Shown: piece after piece, positions 24,719 to 38,901 of the stretch | How positions within the stretch are numbered: the first letter of the stretch is position 1 | Layout: every line of letters starts with the position of its first letter | From: Octopus sinensis | Lineage: Eukaryota | Direction of reading: 5' to 3' | Length of the DNA: 64,000 nt | NCBI RefSeq assembly: GCF_006345805.1 | Contig: NC_043002.1 | Coordinates: 60,450,001 to 60,514,000, forward strand | Notes under the pieces: model-generated | Seen by the model: only the letters and a program-made list of their open reading frames with translations | Database searches by the model: none | Told to the model about the DNA's origin: nothing | Position numbers and translations under genes: made by a program

Positions 24719-24719
24719 T

Positions 24720-24802
<83 letters not shown>

Positions 24803-24986
24803 CAAGTATTGCTTTAAAATGCTTTAATAAAAAGGGGAATTGCAGCTATTGATTGAGAGAAGGTGGCACAAGACCGCGATAGATAGAGGAAGATAGTTCA
24901 TAGTGGATGTTCAAGGGGTTTAGAGGGAGAAGGTGAAGTATGAGAGAATTAAAAGAGGAGTTAGAAGGAGGGAACCTGCATATATA

Positions 24987-25130
24987 TCTATTATATAAAA
25001 TCCATTCTGTCTGTCTGTGTGTGTGTCTTCTAAGATCTCGGGCATCCTCCATCCGATTGCGCTCAAATTTGATACGTAGTTACCGACGGTATCAGAGCGT
25101 GTATAAGCCTTGAAAAAATTACAAAAATCC
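24987..25130 (+). mobile_element. Non-autonomous Helitron 5' end
   Basis: A|TCTATTATATAAAA, (ctgt)n, then atccgattgcgctcaaatttg, typical of animal non-autonomous Helitron heads. Confidence 0.55.
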
Positions 25131-25134
25131 AATT

Positions 25135-25740
25135 GGAGAAACAGGTGCCATTATATGCACTATCTTAACGTGTATTTTCAGACCTCCAACTGAGAGGCAC
25201 ACCCTTCCACATTTAACACATGCTTTGTTGTGAATTTTACTAGCCATATGACTTTTTATCGTGGGTAAATTCCTGTAAGTTTTTTGCTGGCTCACCAGAT
25301 CTACAGGACTCAAACACCTCCTCCCACAAACCGCACACACAAAAAGCAACACTCTCACTTTCCACAGGTTATCTCCTTCTAAACCCCCTCCTAATTCAAT
25401 CACACATCACTCTCTCCCTCTCAAACCTTGAACAACCACTATAAACCATCTTCCTCCATCCATCGCGCTTTTGTGCTTCCTTCTCCCAATCACAATCTGC
25501 AATTCCTGCCTGTATTAGATCATTTTTAAGGCAATACTTAAAACTTAGCTTACGCTTATGCGCTGGTGTCGTGCCATCTTCCAGCTCACCATACAACAGC
25601 TGCTTGGGCAGTCGCTCATCACTTATATTTACCAAATGTCCCCCATTATCTTGCAAAATCATTGAATATATACTTGTATTGCCACTTTTCTCAAGCACCT
25701 CCACATTACTAATGGCCATTTTCCATTTTATCCCCCAAAT
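25135..25740 (-). mobile_element. RTE-clade LINE 3' remnant with two C-terminal zinc-finger motifs
   Basis: GHLVNISDERLPKQLLYGELE.G..KRKL.FK.CLKNDL..WEKEAQKRDGWR, then CAVCGRRCLS and CVKCGRVCLSVGGLKIHVKIVH. Confidence 0.85.
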
Positions 25741-26493
25741 ACATGCATACATATATATAATACATACACAAAAATGAAGGCATGCTTGCATGCATACACA
25801 GATGTATTTCCGCAGAAACTATAGACAACAGCACGGAGATTGCTTAACACAATTTATCTCTCCCTTACATGCTACGCCGACCACGACATGACTGCACTCG
25901 CAGTGATTGAATAACCGATTATCTGTTCCTTAGAACAGTATCGGATTGCTGCAATAGTTCGAAGATCATTTTGAGTACGTGTACTCTGTTAACGTAGTTG
26001 CGATATTAATATTGCTACAATAAAACTCTCAGGTGCGAACAATAAATGTTTGTTCTGTAAATTATCTGCGATACCCACGCAAGGGATCTGATGTCAAGAT
26101 GTATCACTTCGAGGTCCAATACCTTATTATTTCATCTGATTATTTCAGCAATGCATTTGAAATTATTGGCCATTACAAGATAATAGAATTATACAAATGT
26201 TGCCTGTTAGTTCATCTTATATAATTTCAAACGAAGTGATGTTAATTTAGTTACGATTATTACGAAGAATTTCATGATAAATATTGAACAATTCAAGCTA
26301 GCGTTAGGAATTGATAAACAAATAAAATAAATGCACGAATAAATATATAAATTGCGAGAGTAAAGGCAAAGCTATTATGTTTGCGCTTACTGCTGCAACT
26401 GTTGTTGTATGTAATGTATGCTGGGCGCATCCGTAGTGCTGTTCCTGCGTGTATGTATGTGTATGTATGTATATATCTATATATATATATATA

Positions 26494-26977
26494 TATAACA
26501 TAAGGGGGATCAGCCATCTGAATGTGGCTAGGGACAGGGCGGGGTGGTGGGGGTGTTACTGATGCATTTAGCCCCAGGCGATCATCAACGTCACCAGAAG
26601 GGCTGACACCATCTCGGTGTCCTTGCCAGCCTGCAAAGGGAGATCAGCCTCCCCGAAGATACGGATACTACATACGGACCGGTTTCGAGGTATTTGCCTC
26701 TTATCAACGCATGGTAAGCACCGTTCTTCGTTGAGGGACTTCCTCTACAGGCTGGATATATATGGATTTTCACAGTAACCACAGTCACTGATGTAGAAAA
26801 ACCGTTCGACAACAATAATAAATCTCTGAGCGAGATATAAACAGTAACTGCTCTATAACATAAGGGGGGATCAGCCATCTGAATGTGGCTAGGGACAGGG
26901 CGGGGTGGTGGGGGTGTTACTGATGCATTTAGCCCCAGGCGATCATCAACGTCACCAGAAGGGCTGACACCATCTCG
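26494..26977 (-). mobile_element. Retrozyme-like element: 360-nt unit plus ~123-nt terminal redundancy
   Basis: 26494-26616 is repeated at 26854-26977. One internal HHR. (TA)n on both flanks. Confidence 0.8.
26671..26713 (-). ncRNA. Minimal type I hammerhead ribozyme, U3-A8 core variant
   Basis: CAUGCG-UUGAUAA-GAGG(CAAAUA)CCUC-GAAA-CCGG-UC/CGUAUG. All three stems pair; stem III ACCGGU is palindromic. Confidence 0.8.
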
Positions 26978-26999
26978 ACATATATATATATATATAAAC

Positions 27000-27962
27000 T
27001 TAGATAAACTTAGATATGTTTCGACCAAAGATTGGTCCAGGCCATGTCTAACTTAATAGCACCACCTGATAGGATTATTCGAATCCTGTTTAAGTCAAGT
27101 TTTGTTTAAGTCAAGTTTTGTTCAAGTAGTGAGTTCTTGTTGGGTGAGTTGTATCCAGTTTTGTTCAAGTAGTGAGTTCTTGTTGGGTGAGTTGTATCCA
27201 GTTTTGTTCAAGTAGTGAGTTCTTGTTGGGTGAGTTGTATCCAATTATGGGTGGCTTATCTGGTATTCTTTGAAGGAATCTATCCAGACTCTGTTTAAAG
27301 TTGATGGGATCCTTTTCCTCTTTGATCTCCCTCGGGACAATGTTAAATAGAGCAGGGCCTGTTAAGGAAAATAAATTATGTTGCAGTGTACATGTATGTT
27401 GTGATCTTGAATTTGGCAGGGGACGTATAGCCCGTGGTCCAAGTCTTGGATTAACCTTGAAGCTAATGTTTAGGTCGTTTGGACAAAGTTGGCGGTATAT
27501 TTTCCACATCGTACAAATGATGTACCGCTCACGGCGACGCTGGAGGGAGTAATGTTTCAAGGCTTTAAGGCGATTCCAGTAATCGAGAGCAGCCATGCCT
27601 TCAATTTGTTTAGTGAGAGCCCTCTGGGGTGACTTAATTCTGGAGATGTTTTATCTTGTGTGAGGAGACCACAGTGGGCAGCAATATTCAAGGTGTGGCC
27701 GTACAAAGGAGGAAAAAAGTGGTATGATGACACCTTGTTCTCTGGACCGTAAAGTTCGTAAGATCCATGAACTCATCCTACGAGCTATATCGACCTTCTT
27801 GTTGATGTGTGCACTCCAACTGAGATCGTCATCAACAATTACACCCATGTCTCTGATATTGTTAGAGGCTCTGAGCGGTTCCCCTGAAGGAAGAGAGTAT
27901 GGTTGTTTTAGTGAGGAATTTCTTCCAAAATGCATCAGCTCAAATTTTCCCTCATTCAGTTG

Positions 27963-27965
<3 letters not shown>
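27000..27965 (-). mobile_element. CR1/L2-group LINE 3' fragment
   Basis: MQLNEGKFELMHFG..GVIVDDDLSWSAHI..VRPHLEYCCPLWSPH; LDYWNRLKAL..SLQRRRERY. Its 3' tail motif also occurs at ~55370-55415. Confidence 0.9.
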
Positions 27966-28013
<48 letters not shown>

Positions 28014-28069
28014 ATATATATATGTATGTACGCATGCATATATAAATGAATATATATATGTATATATAT

Positions 28070-28555
28070 AATCAAAATAAGCAACAGGGCTATCCAAGGC
28101 AGTGTAGTACAATAGTTTCATGCTACTTCATGTTATTAAACAATGTAAGTATTACATCAGTTTTAAAATGTAGAGCAATCTTCAGCCACATATAGATTTT
28201 TTTAATTAAATAGACAACGTACACTTTTATACTTATTCCATAGCCAACATTACAAAGAGTGTAGATCTATAGACAGAGAGGTTAATTTCATCATTAAGAA
28301 CATGGTAGTTGAAGGTCCTTCCTAATGGGCAGATTTTTTATCCATGAGTTCACTTTGTTATTTAGATTTATCAATGGGGAAGGGTTTCCTGAACCCCCCC
28401 AAAAAAAACAAATAAAAAAAGTCATCCCCATTGATAAATCTAAATAACAAAGTGAAATCAATGATAAAAAATCTGCAGATGGAGAAGGACCTTCTACTAC
28501 CATGTTCTTTAACTTTAGTACCATATTCATCTTAATCAAAATTTTGCTGAACACA
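28070..28555 (-). mobile_element. PLE-derived non-autonomous element with HHR (28103-28190)
   Basis: UGUGG-CUGAAGA-U-UGCU..AGCA-U-GAAA-CUAUUG-UA/CUACA. Homologous to the arms and flank of 56962-59522. (TA)n flanks. Confidence 0.75.
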
Positions 28556-28560
28556 CACAC

Positions 28561-28661
<101 letters not shown>

Positions 28662-29146
28662 CTGGATTTACGTAATTCGCGTTGTGTGCGAGGTTAACGT
28701 AAGAGCATCGCTTTTCGAACAGATATATGATCAATTGTTTGTTGCTATCGTGAACGTTGCGTGTCTCATTCACCAGATATTTTCAATATGGAATTGATAT
28801 GCACGTTTCAAACAATGTTAGATTAAAATATTTGTGCGTATAATGTATATAATATGTATAGAACCAGAGAGCAGAAGCAGATGTTACGTTTGGGCTCACA
28901 GAAACGCATGTATACAGACATGCACATTAAAAATTGAGGGGGTTAGCTCAGAGCACGGGTGGATTGCCAGACAATCTGTTTCGACTTGATTTGGTTTCCT
29001 CAGAGACGAATATTCTGCATGTTCTCGGATAAGTCCAAAGTACGTGTTTTGATGCAGAAATAGGTAGAAGTAACATTTACTGATTTGTGCAAACATTAGG
29101 CGTTAGAATTAAATTACTATGCGCATTTTAAATTGCCTTATATTAA

Positions 29147-29353
29147 CCATTTGGCATTGAGAACGGCGATATCAGACCTATTTTGTGTTCAGAATAGCCC
29201 GGTCTGACCTCTCATATCAAAGCTACAATGAAATTCTGAAAATAAACAAGCGCATCATTGAAATTTCAAAGTTCTGAGAAAATTTGTGATTAATTCAAAC
29301 CAATGTCATTGAATAAGCATTAAGTTTGATTAAGTAATCCGAATACTAAAGAG
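29147..29353. mobile_element. piggyBac-type MITE
   Basis: TTAA|ccatttggcatt ... gaatactaaagag|TTAA: imperfect TIRs with TTAA on both sides. Confidence 0.5.
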
Positions 29354-29534
29354 TTAAAACGCTGATGTATGTATGCAATCCTATATAGGCGAATCAAAAC
29401 ATCATGTCTAGCTCACCACCTGCTTTCTGAGTTAACACCTGTGTTTTCTAAAGCACAAGTCTCTTTGCGAAGTTTTGTTTTGTGGCAAGACATTAGAGTT
29501 AGCACCGATTATACATTTGTATCGCCATTACTGC

Positions 29535-29830
29535 GGAGGCACATGGCCTAGTGGTTTAGAGCAGCGGAGTAGCGCTCGAGGGATCGCGGGTTCGAATCTT
29601 AGACCCAATGATGTGAGTGTTTATGAGCGAAACACTTAAGCTCCACGTGTCTCTGGCAGAAGATAATGGCGAACCTCTGCTGAGTCTTTCGCCAAAACTT
29701 TCTCTCACTCTGTCCTCCTGCATCTTGAAGCTCACCTGCGACGGACCGGCGTCCTGTCCAGGCGGGGAATCTATACGCCAAGGAAACCGGGAAACCAGCC
29801 CTTATAAGCCTGGCGTGACTCGAGAAGGAA
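29535..29830 (+). mobile_element. tRNA-derived SINE family C
   Basis: ggaggcacatggcctagtggtt (A box), gggttcgaatc (B box). Related to 48062 (+) and 60631 (-). Confidence 0.8.
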
Positions 29831-29974
29831 CAAAGAATAGTCATTACTGATTTTATAGAAAGAGGTATGTTAGCTCAGTGTTGAAGTTAGTTCTTAAATA
29901 TATCGTCTCGGTAATTTTTATGAACAAAGAATGTGTTTTGACTGCTATTTCAAGCATACAAACAAAATAGTCTG

Positions 29975-30292
29975 GCAATCCGTCGATTACAGAAACCAGT
30001 CTTCCGGTTGATTCGATCAGCGGAACTGCTGGCTCGTGAAATTGATATGCAAATAGATAAGTACTCTATAGACATACGTACAGTTCACATAGGCCTCAAG
30101 GAAATTCAACGTGATACAAAGAGTGACAAGGCTGACTCTTTGAATAACAGATAAAACTCATTTTTACCAACTGACTGGACCCGAGCAACGTGAAATAAAT
30201 TGTCTTGCTCAAGGAAGCAACGTACTACCGACAATCGATCTGATGATCGTAAGGTTGTTATCTGAATAGCTAAACCACTAAGCCACGCACCT
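29975..30292 (-). mobile_element. tRNA-derived SINE family D
   Basis: Head gcgtggcttagtggtt, core ccttgagcaagaca..tatttcacgttgctc. Homologous to 48745-49060. Confidence 0.75.
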
Positions 30293-31548
30293 AACCAATT
30301 AAGTGAACAGAGACATGTTTACAACCATAGGCTTTGAAATTTAATGTTGCACACCATTTGCCGGACGTCAATACATTCCTGTGGTTTCTTACACCGTTAA
30401 AGGCATCGTCTAAAGTTTTTGTCTTCATTTCTAAATCTTTATCAGAATACAGAGAATGCTGCAGTTTGTAATTCGGTAATTCAATTACACTTTCAAGAAG
30501 AATATTTCTAAATAAATTACTTACTTAACTAAATCAAATTCTGCTTCGTCCAACTTTCACATTCTCCTTTCGGCTTGTCTGGCTGTTGTAGTAACAAAAC
30601 GTACAACATTGTCCCGTATAGAAATAAGTGGCCAAGTCACAACATATTTCAAAGTAAATACGTGATTTATTTTGTTGCTAGCGATAGAGATTATAAGAAA
30701 TATATCGATGAACACTTTTACAGCGACGCCAAAATGCAGGTATCCACTATTCAATAACTTATACAATACCATTTGTTCGACTGCTGCTACCAGACACGAA
30801 ATGATATCACGTGATAATTTCCTGCTTTCTAGAGCACCACCACACACACATACAGAAACATACACATATATATTATATATGTTAGGGAATGATATACGAG
30901 ATAGCATTAAAGTGACGCCAGCTAAAGGGGAAATTCAGAGTTAGTTAAGTTTCACTTCGATTAAATTATATTACGTAACATTATGCTTCGTGTGAAATGA
31001 CATCTCGTATATATATATATATATATATATATATTGTGTGTGTATATATACACACACGTAAGTATTTGTACATGCATACGCGCATGCATATAAATTGAAT
31101 TAAAAAGGAACTGTTGTAACATTTGTAATTTCAGTCAAAAATCCATGAGAGGCAAAGTGTGCTCATTTCTTGTCAGTTCTAAGCATTAGTTTTAATTATA
31201 GTATTTGTGATACGGACGCCATTTTGTTGTAAAAACGTTCGAGATTATTTCTCAATTGGCGTCTATCTGACACACGTATTGTTTATATGTGTTGTAAATG
31301 CATATTCAGAAAATGACTCGACAGCAAATTACACAAAACTGTAATTCTAGCTTTTGTCAACATTTCTACAAATTACATTTTTTTCTTAATATCCGCTTAG
31401 ATGATTATATTTTCTTATAGAGGCAATTACTTGTTTACTCATTGACAATGATGGAAGTAGAGAGTGAATTTCTCTATTAATCGTTTGGAAAATACATCCC
31501 TTATCTGCGTCATATTCACACACATACACACATTCACGTATATATATA

Positions 31549-31597
<49 letters not shown>

Positions 31598-32635
31598 TGG
31601 CCAGCTATGATCTTTCTTTCTTCGCCTGACTGCCGACCGTCAATACGTCTTGTGTCCATCTCTCGTATTCCTGCCTTTAGGCTTTTACTTCATACGCGCC
31701 AGTTCAATTTGAATCGTTGTCAGTCGAAAGATGCCTTTTGTTGTTTCTTGTTGTTGTATTCGGAATTGTATACCATGTTCTCCGTTTTTTGTTTGTTTGT
31801 TTGACTTTTTCTCATCTTTGTTGCCGTACATATTCACTAGCTTTCTTACAAGGGGGTCTAATTCTCTCAGCTTAGACTTTTGGGGGGACAACAGACCGGA
31901 CCATCTCAAGTATGACTGTCCGAAATGGTCGTGACTTCTGGTACTTGACTGATGAAAGACAGTCAAGAACGACCCGTCTTTTTTTTGCGTGTCCTTCTAA
32001 TTGTTGCTTCTCTTGTCCGCCTTTGTGTCGTCTATTTGTCCGAACGTTTTAATGCCTCCTATTGCGTTTTTGTTCCATATATATAAATATATATATATGA
32101 TGAATGAGGAAAGCTGGAAATAAATCTAGCAAGAACCTTCATTCAACTCAACGATCGTCTGACTTGTGTGGGGAGATATTGTGCAGCTAGTTGTGTACAA
32201 TATCCCAGACGTAACGGACAGATGCAAGATGGGTCAAAACGATTGTTGTGTTGACAAAAGATTCTTCATCAATCAAATTTCTGTTTCCGTCGATTATTAT
32301 AAACACAACGAACACTGCAGAATTCCTGACGTAGATCCATTGACAATTATATCATAACTATAGATGACATCAGGTAGCCTTAACGTTGAATGTGCTTTGG
32401 TCGGCATACTACTAGACATATATCTGAAGTCTAAATAATTAGTTACACACACACACACACATTGTATGTGTTATTTTTGTCTGCATACGATGTGTTCTAT
32501 GTGTTTTATTGATTTGCTTAGATACTTCACCTCCAGATAGATGTTCGCCCATACTACCTCCCGGAGGTATATTATCATACTGATTAAAGCCTTGTGAGTT
32601 TATTTGGCACACGGAAACTGAACGATGCCCGCTGC

Positions 32636-32694
<59 letters not shown>

Positions 32695-32714
32695 TATACA
32701 CACAAGCACATATA

Positions 32715-33135
32715 TATGTATGGCACCTAAAGGACAATCATACGCCCTTTAGCATCAGCTGGAAATTAGAAAATTGTGGACCCTATCGAAATGGAACAAG
32801 ACTATATAAATTGTGTAAGGCAGAAAAATATATAATCCTAATGAACTCGCATGAGCCAGGAGCCTACCTGAACTCCAGGACGCAAGCCGTGGGGACTAGT
32901 TTACATTTTAGGAAATATTTACTTCAAAATTGGAAAACCGAGGTATTAAGCGAAGGAAGACAACTCGGCCGGCCATAATTCTTTGAGAGGAATATTTCTT
33001 GAACTATCACCGGCTTTGTTGGGTTTAACAAAAAATTCTTTGCAGAGAACGTTTATCGTTTAGAGAAACTGAAGATATGTCTAGTTCACGCTAGATATGA
33101 AACCGATGGTTTTTTTTATCTAAAACTGTTTCTTT
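32715..33135 (+). mobile_element. PLE 3' end: EN C-terminus, 3'UTR and HHR
   Basis: YVWHLKDNHTPFSISWKL..PYRNGTRLYKLCKAEKYII..LNSRT..LHFRKYLL, followed ~100 nt after the stop by a hammerhead. Confidence 0.8.
33062..33117 (+). ncRNA. Type I hammerhead ribozyme at PLE 3' end
   Basis: CUGAAGA 33069-33075; extra U; stem II AUGUCUAG/CUAGAUAU; GAAA 33099-33102; stem III ACC(GAU)GGU; GUU triplet; stem I GAGAAA/UUUUUU. Confidence 0.75.
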
Positions 33136-33618
33136 ACACACACACACACACACACACAAACATATATATATATATATACATACATATATATCCGTACTAT
33201 ATACATATCAACACACGCACACACTCACACTCACACTCACACACACATATATATATACACGCATGTGTCTATATACATATATAAATAGATAATATTGAGT
33301 ACACATCCACAAGCCAAGCGTTTTTGCAGCTCGGAGTCAGGCTGCGATTTATAGGCATGAGAAAGAGTTTGCACGTCAGAACGTTCGGTGTAGAAATACC
33401 TAGAACTGATGAACAATTGAGTTAATTCACACCAAATCAAGTTGCAGGAGTGGTTGACATTAATATTTCGTTAACTTTGGGATTTATGAATACCACGTAT
33501 CCCAAACCCATGCTTGTAAATCGCAGCCTGCACACGAACTGGCAAAACATGCTTTCTGTATGCGTGCGATGTTGTTTATACTCCCCGGGCTTCTCATTCA
33601 CGTTTGAATACATGTGTG

Positions 33619-33649
<31 letters not shown>

Positions 33650-34199
33650 TTGTGTGTGTGTTTTTGTCCCCAACATCGATTTACATTTGGTGTTGATGTG
33701 TTTACGGTCTCGTCTCTTGACTCTTCGTCAAAAGTGAAAGATATAATAAGTATCACGGTTCCAAAACAGAACATCAGTATTTGAGTGGATTTTGTTGACT
33801 AAGAATTCTACAAGGCGGTGCCCCAGCAAGGGCGTCTGACAACTGAAAGAAATGCGAGATAAACGACAAAAGATAAAAGATAGATGATTGTCTCATGAGT
33901 GTAGTGAAGATTAATGGGGAAGCGTTTTGTGAATAACGATTAGGTAAGAATCCATTTTATCCTGATATAGATTCTGTTAAGGCCGCGCCCTGGCAGAATG
34001 TTTTGCACCGCCTAGAAAATTATTCGTTTAGCGGAATTTCATCTCACACTTTACGTTCTAACTTCCAGCAAGGTTGTTTTTCTGTTCATGTTTCCGGCGT
34101 CCATAAAAAAGGAGCACTGGGTCGGTGGAATCGACTAATTTCCGCCTTATCAAATTGCTGGCTTTTTATCAAAATTGGAAATGTTTTGTAAATAACTTG

Positions 34200-36700
34200 C
34201 GCATGCAAGTGCTACCAGTCGAAAGCTCCACACACCGGAATCCCGCTAGGGCATGGTGTCATCGGGAGAGAATGCGCTCCGTTTCAGGCCCTACCTCTCG
34301 ATGGAATCATTGCGCACCATATCCCCGTTCACTGATATGAGGCCCCACTTGATATATCAACTGGTTAACAAATAAAGCCCAATATTCTTCTAGTCATAGC
34401 TCATTGTCTCTTATCATTTAACTTATCGCTATATCATTCGGCTCTCTCAACATCATCACCGTTCGTACCTTTCCTAGTTATACATTTCGACTATCGACGC
34501 CAGTGGTAACTGCAACGAGCCTTTTTCACGATAGAGAGCTGAATATTTCAATATCCAAGGTAAGCCTAGCCACTTTCTAATGGACGAATTACACTTTTGC
34601 TCAATGATTTGAACTCATGGCAGTGCCACGTATATTAAAAGTGGCCACGGAAGTCGCCTATGCAAACCTAACTATAAGTACCATATCTCATATTTATCCG
34701 CTAGCTTATTGTTATCAATTGCTGTTAATCCACCCTCGGCTTGTTTCATATTTTGTATCCCGTGACTCCTATCTGACAATGTTCCAGCGTATACACGCCC
34801 CAAGCTTTTGACAGATTCGTCCTTGAATGGTTGATTGCTTTCTTCAGCTAATTCAAACTTAGCATCTTTTTGAACTCCCTTAATTTATGTCAGACTACGC
34901 GACTTTTATGCTCTGAATCTCATCCTTGAGCACTTCACAAGCACGTCTAACATCAAGAAGGCTCTCAGCATGATTTGCTTGTCTGTTGATAGAAGTGTCA
35001 TGTAATCCATGAAAGCCTTCTTAGGTTATTCTACATGGGTGATTTGTTTCGTAAAGTCCACTGATTGGAAAATCATCTCTAAACCACGTGACAAATATTG
35101 TGCAGTCACCAGCAATGCCAATCTCCAATTGGTGCCAATCTGCTGTAAAATTTCCAGCTGTAAAACCCATCTCTAGACTGTCATAATATATCCTCATTAA
35201 TCTTGACCTTTTGTCTGGAATGTGAAAGTGGTCCTTGGCTCTCATCAGTATAGCACTGAGTTATATGCATTAGCCTGATCAAGCCATACCACGTTCAGAC
35301 TTGTTTTGTTCTGTGAGGATCGCTTTCCAAGACGGAAAACGCATCCAGGGATCCCAGGGATTCCGACGTTTTGAATATATCCATTACTCTGAAGATGTGC
35401 CACTGTACTCCTTGAGAGAATTACCGTAAAGATCTTGCCTTTCACATTCAATACAGATACGACCTAAACTGTTTTATAGTCTCTATACTGGCCTCCTACG
35501 GCAGATATATGTCTTCTACCTTTCACGAATCTTCTACTAGAGTCACTACACTGTCGGATTAGGACAAATAGATTCTTTCGCAGACGATTGTAATATTTAT
35601 ACACTTTATACGAGATGCCATCATCTCCTGGAGCACTCTTTGATCTAGCTTTTCTCACGAAATCATTCACCTCTTTCTCTCTGGGGTTTCCAATTAAAAA
35701 TTCTATATCAGGTTTTAAGAAATGGTGTAGCTGTTTATAGGTGGCAGTGGTTGGTTACGGTTTGGATCGCTGTAGGTTTCTTTGATATGAGCATCCAATA
35801 CTTCTTTTGTGCGCGACAAAGTGTCACCCTTCTGTTTAGTGAACAGCTTCTTAATAACCCCGTACGGGCCCTTCAGAAACTATTCACGAGTCCTTTTACT
35901 TTCCTTTCGTCGCTCATATCGATGGATATGCCATTGCACATAACGGCATTTCCTTTTTAAATCATCGTACAGCTACGTGAGTCCAGGTTTTCGTCTCTTT
36001 CCGCACATTTCCATTGCTTTCTTAAGCTGTTCTTTTCCTCCTCAACTGTTTCATTTTCCTGATCCTCCTGCTTGATCCACACTTTGCCTTCGCTAATCGG
36101 GTCCCTTATTTCACTCCAAATAATTCCTTTCTTGTATCGTATATTGAGCTTGTTAACTTTCACAGTTTCTCCACTGCAGATCCTGTCGTGCTTTGTGCTC
36201 CAACTTTTTTTATATCTTCCTTTCTCATTAGCAGCAGGCCACAGAACCCTCGGTTTCCTCCGAATACTATCTGAAGCACCAGTCTCATAACCTTCAGTTT
36301 CCTGTTGGGAAGAGGTCTTTACTGTAGCATTTATAGATCCATAGTGGTTAATTTCAAGGATGATTTGCCACGTGTGTTACTATCAGATGATCCGCACTCT
36401 CCTGTCCTCTTATTACAAGTCTTTCCCTGATGTATCTTCAGGCCTATCTCGGCTGCAAAGTTCCTACAGCACGCACAGGTTGCATCTAAAGTTCTTTGCA
36501 TTTCGTTCGCTGTTCAAAGGAATAGCTGTATTCATATCCAAGGACATTTCCTTGTTAACTTGGTTTAATTGATTCTCGACTCCCTCCTCACGGACAATCA
36601 TGGGGTTGTCATTCTCATGGGTAGTTGTTACATGTTACATCATGTAATCCATGAAATGCTAAGTATCGACAGAATATCGAGAAATGTCATTACTGCTACA
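34200..36700 (-). mobile_element. Decayed HERO-like RLE non-LTR retrotransposon
   Basis: VRKARSKSAPGDDGISYKVYK; NVKGKIF; VVWLDQANAYNSV; WHQLEIGIAGDCTI; AFMDYM. Many frameshifts; boundaries approximate. Confidence 0.75.
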
Positions 36701-37646
36701 AGAACGAATTGAATCCATTGTTTTTGTTTTGCTTTTTATTTCTCTTTTCAGTGTTATTGTTTTCGTATTTTACTGTCCTACTTCATGTTATCTCCTGTGC
36801 TTGCTTCAATATTTTTCCTATGGCGTTATTTGTTGATGGCATCTGAAAAGCTCCAACTTTGCAATCCACAACATTTACATCGTTCCCACATTAAATCAGT
36901 CCTGCCTCACCTTCGCTATTCACAGCTCAAAACAAACCACTCCGTATCAGTCCCCGCCACACCACACAAACTCCGCTCTTTGTTAACATCACCTCAGCGA
37001 ACTTGACAATATTAAACGGCCATCATAAGCCCCTACCCAACCCCGATCTAAATCAAACGAAACTCCCACACCAACACGTCTCACCACACACCGCCATGAC
37101 ATACTATATTAAGCCACGCTACATAACACCACACTTCTTTATTCAATTCTGCTGCGTAGCACACCATACTTTATTACACTACCTCATTCCACGCCAGTAA
37201 AAAATATCAATAAATGTAAACACTCCAAACAGAAAATATTAAATGGAAATGCAGACGCTTCATTTCTCCATTTGCATATTGCATAATTTTATTTCTGCTA
37301 AAAATTTCGAAGGTTCTCAGACAGCCGAGTGGATAAGCTGCTGGACACCATGTTTACTGGTCGATAATTCGTATAACGCCGAGCGTTGTATTTTTTGGTC
37401 TGTCGACACCATAATTACCTCGCTAAAAATATTCGCTGCAACTTATGGAAAACTCGTAATAAACAGCATTTTTTCTTTTTTGTGTCTTGTGTTTGGAATC
37501 TCCTAAGGTTGGTTATGGAGTCGATATAACAGAAACCAAGACATTCCATTTGAATGGGACGCTGGTCCGTTGGAAGGATCAAGGCCAGCAGTTTTTAGGG
37601 AGGAGGACAAGTTAATTACATTGACAACAGTACATAAATGATACTT

Positions 37647-37832
37647 TACAGTTCTATATTTAAGAGATGAGGAATTATTTACATTATTTACATTATTTGC
37701 ATTTGACGGATATTTTTACTCATCTTGTTTGTTGTTAACACAACGTTTCGTCTGATATACACTGCTGCCTTCATCAGGTGTCTTGGAGAAAATTTCGAAC
37801 GTGGGTTCTCATTCCTAAGGTATTTTTCGATG

Positions 37833-37899
<67 letters not shown>

Positions 37900-38268
37900 G
37901 TTATTGTTGCTGTTGTTGTTATTGTTGTTGTTGATGTTAGTGTTCAGGTCACTGCTTGGAATCGAAGTCAGAATCTTGGTGAGTAGCCCGCGCTCTTAAA
38001 CACTACGCCATAGCCCACGGACCCAAGATTCCTAGTTCGATTCCAAGCAGTGACCTGAACAATAACAATGAAAACAACAACAATAACAACAACAATAATA
38101 ATAATAATATTGAAAAATACCTTAGGAATGAGACCCGGGGTTCGAAGTTTTCCCAAGACACATGATGATGGCTGGAGAGTATATCAGCGGAAACGTTGTA
38201 TTAACAACAAACAAGATGAGGACAAATATCCGTCGAATTTAAATAATATAAATAATGTAAATAATAAT
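37647..38268. mobile_element. tRNA-headed SINE with minimal HHR: full copy (-, 37647-38020) plus inverted 5'-truncated copy (+, 38021-38268)
   Basis: A box tggcgtagtg, B box g.gttcgattcc, internal (AAT/AAC)n, HHR cores at 37737-37782 (-) and 38157-38202 (+). Confidence 0.85.
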
Positions 38269-38864
38269 ATTTTACTTTATCACCCCCTGAAAGAGTTGAA
38301 AGGTAATGTTAACCTTGACGGGACGTGAAAGATCGTAACGTAAAGTGCTGGAGGAAATGCCCCTAAGAATTTTGTTCGACGCACTAGCGGTTCTTCCAGC
38401 TCACTACCATAGTTACAAACGTTCTCATTGTTTAATGAATCGCAATCTTTATCGTTGAGGTCATAGAAACTATTTTCTAGCGAATATGTAAATTCGTTTT
38501 AATATTCAAAGATGTCTGGACGTCTTTCTATCCGGAAATAGATTCTGATTTTGCTAAAAGAATCAGAATGATATAAATAACAGCGCCATCTACGCCAATC
38601 AAAACTTGAGCAGTCATCATTCAATAGGGGTACATTGGCGATGCTTCAGTCATTACACTGTGGCCATACTGGGGTACCAAATAGAAGTGTTCAGTTAAAC
38701 AAATCGTTCGCAATGCATCTTAGAAATAAATAGATGTCTGTAGGTATTCTCTCAACGTCTTTCGCAGTACCACCAAATCGGGGAACATAAACAAACCAAC
38801 AAACCAACACCGGTTGTGAAGCGGAAGGGTGGGCATCGACTCAAAGATATATACATACATATGC

Positions 38865-38895
<31 letters not shown>

Positions 38896-38901
38896 TATAT
38901 A

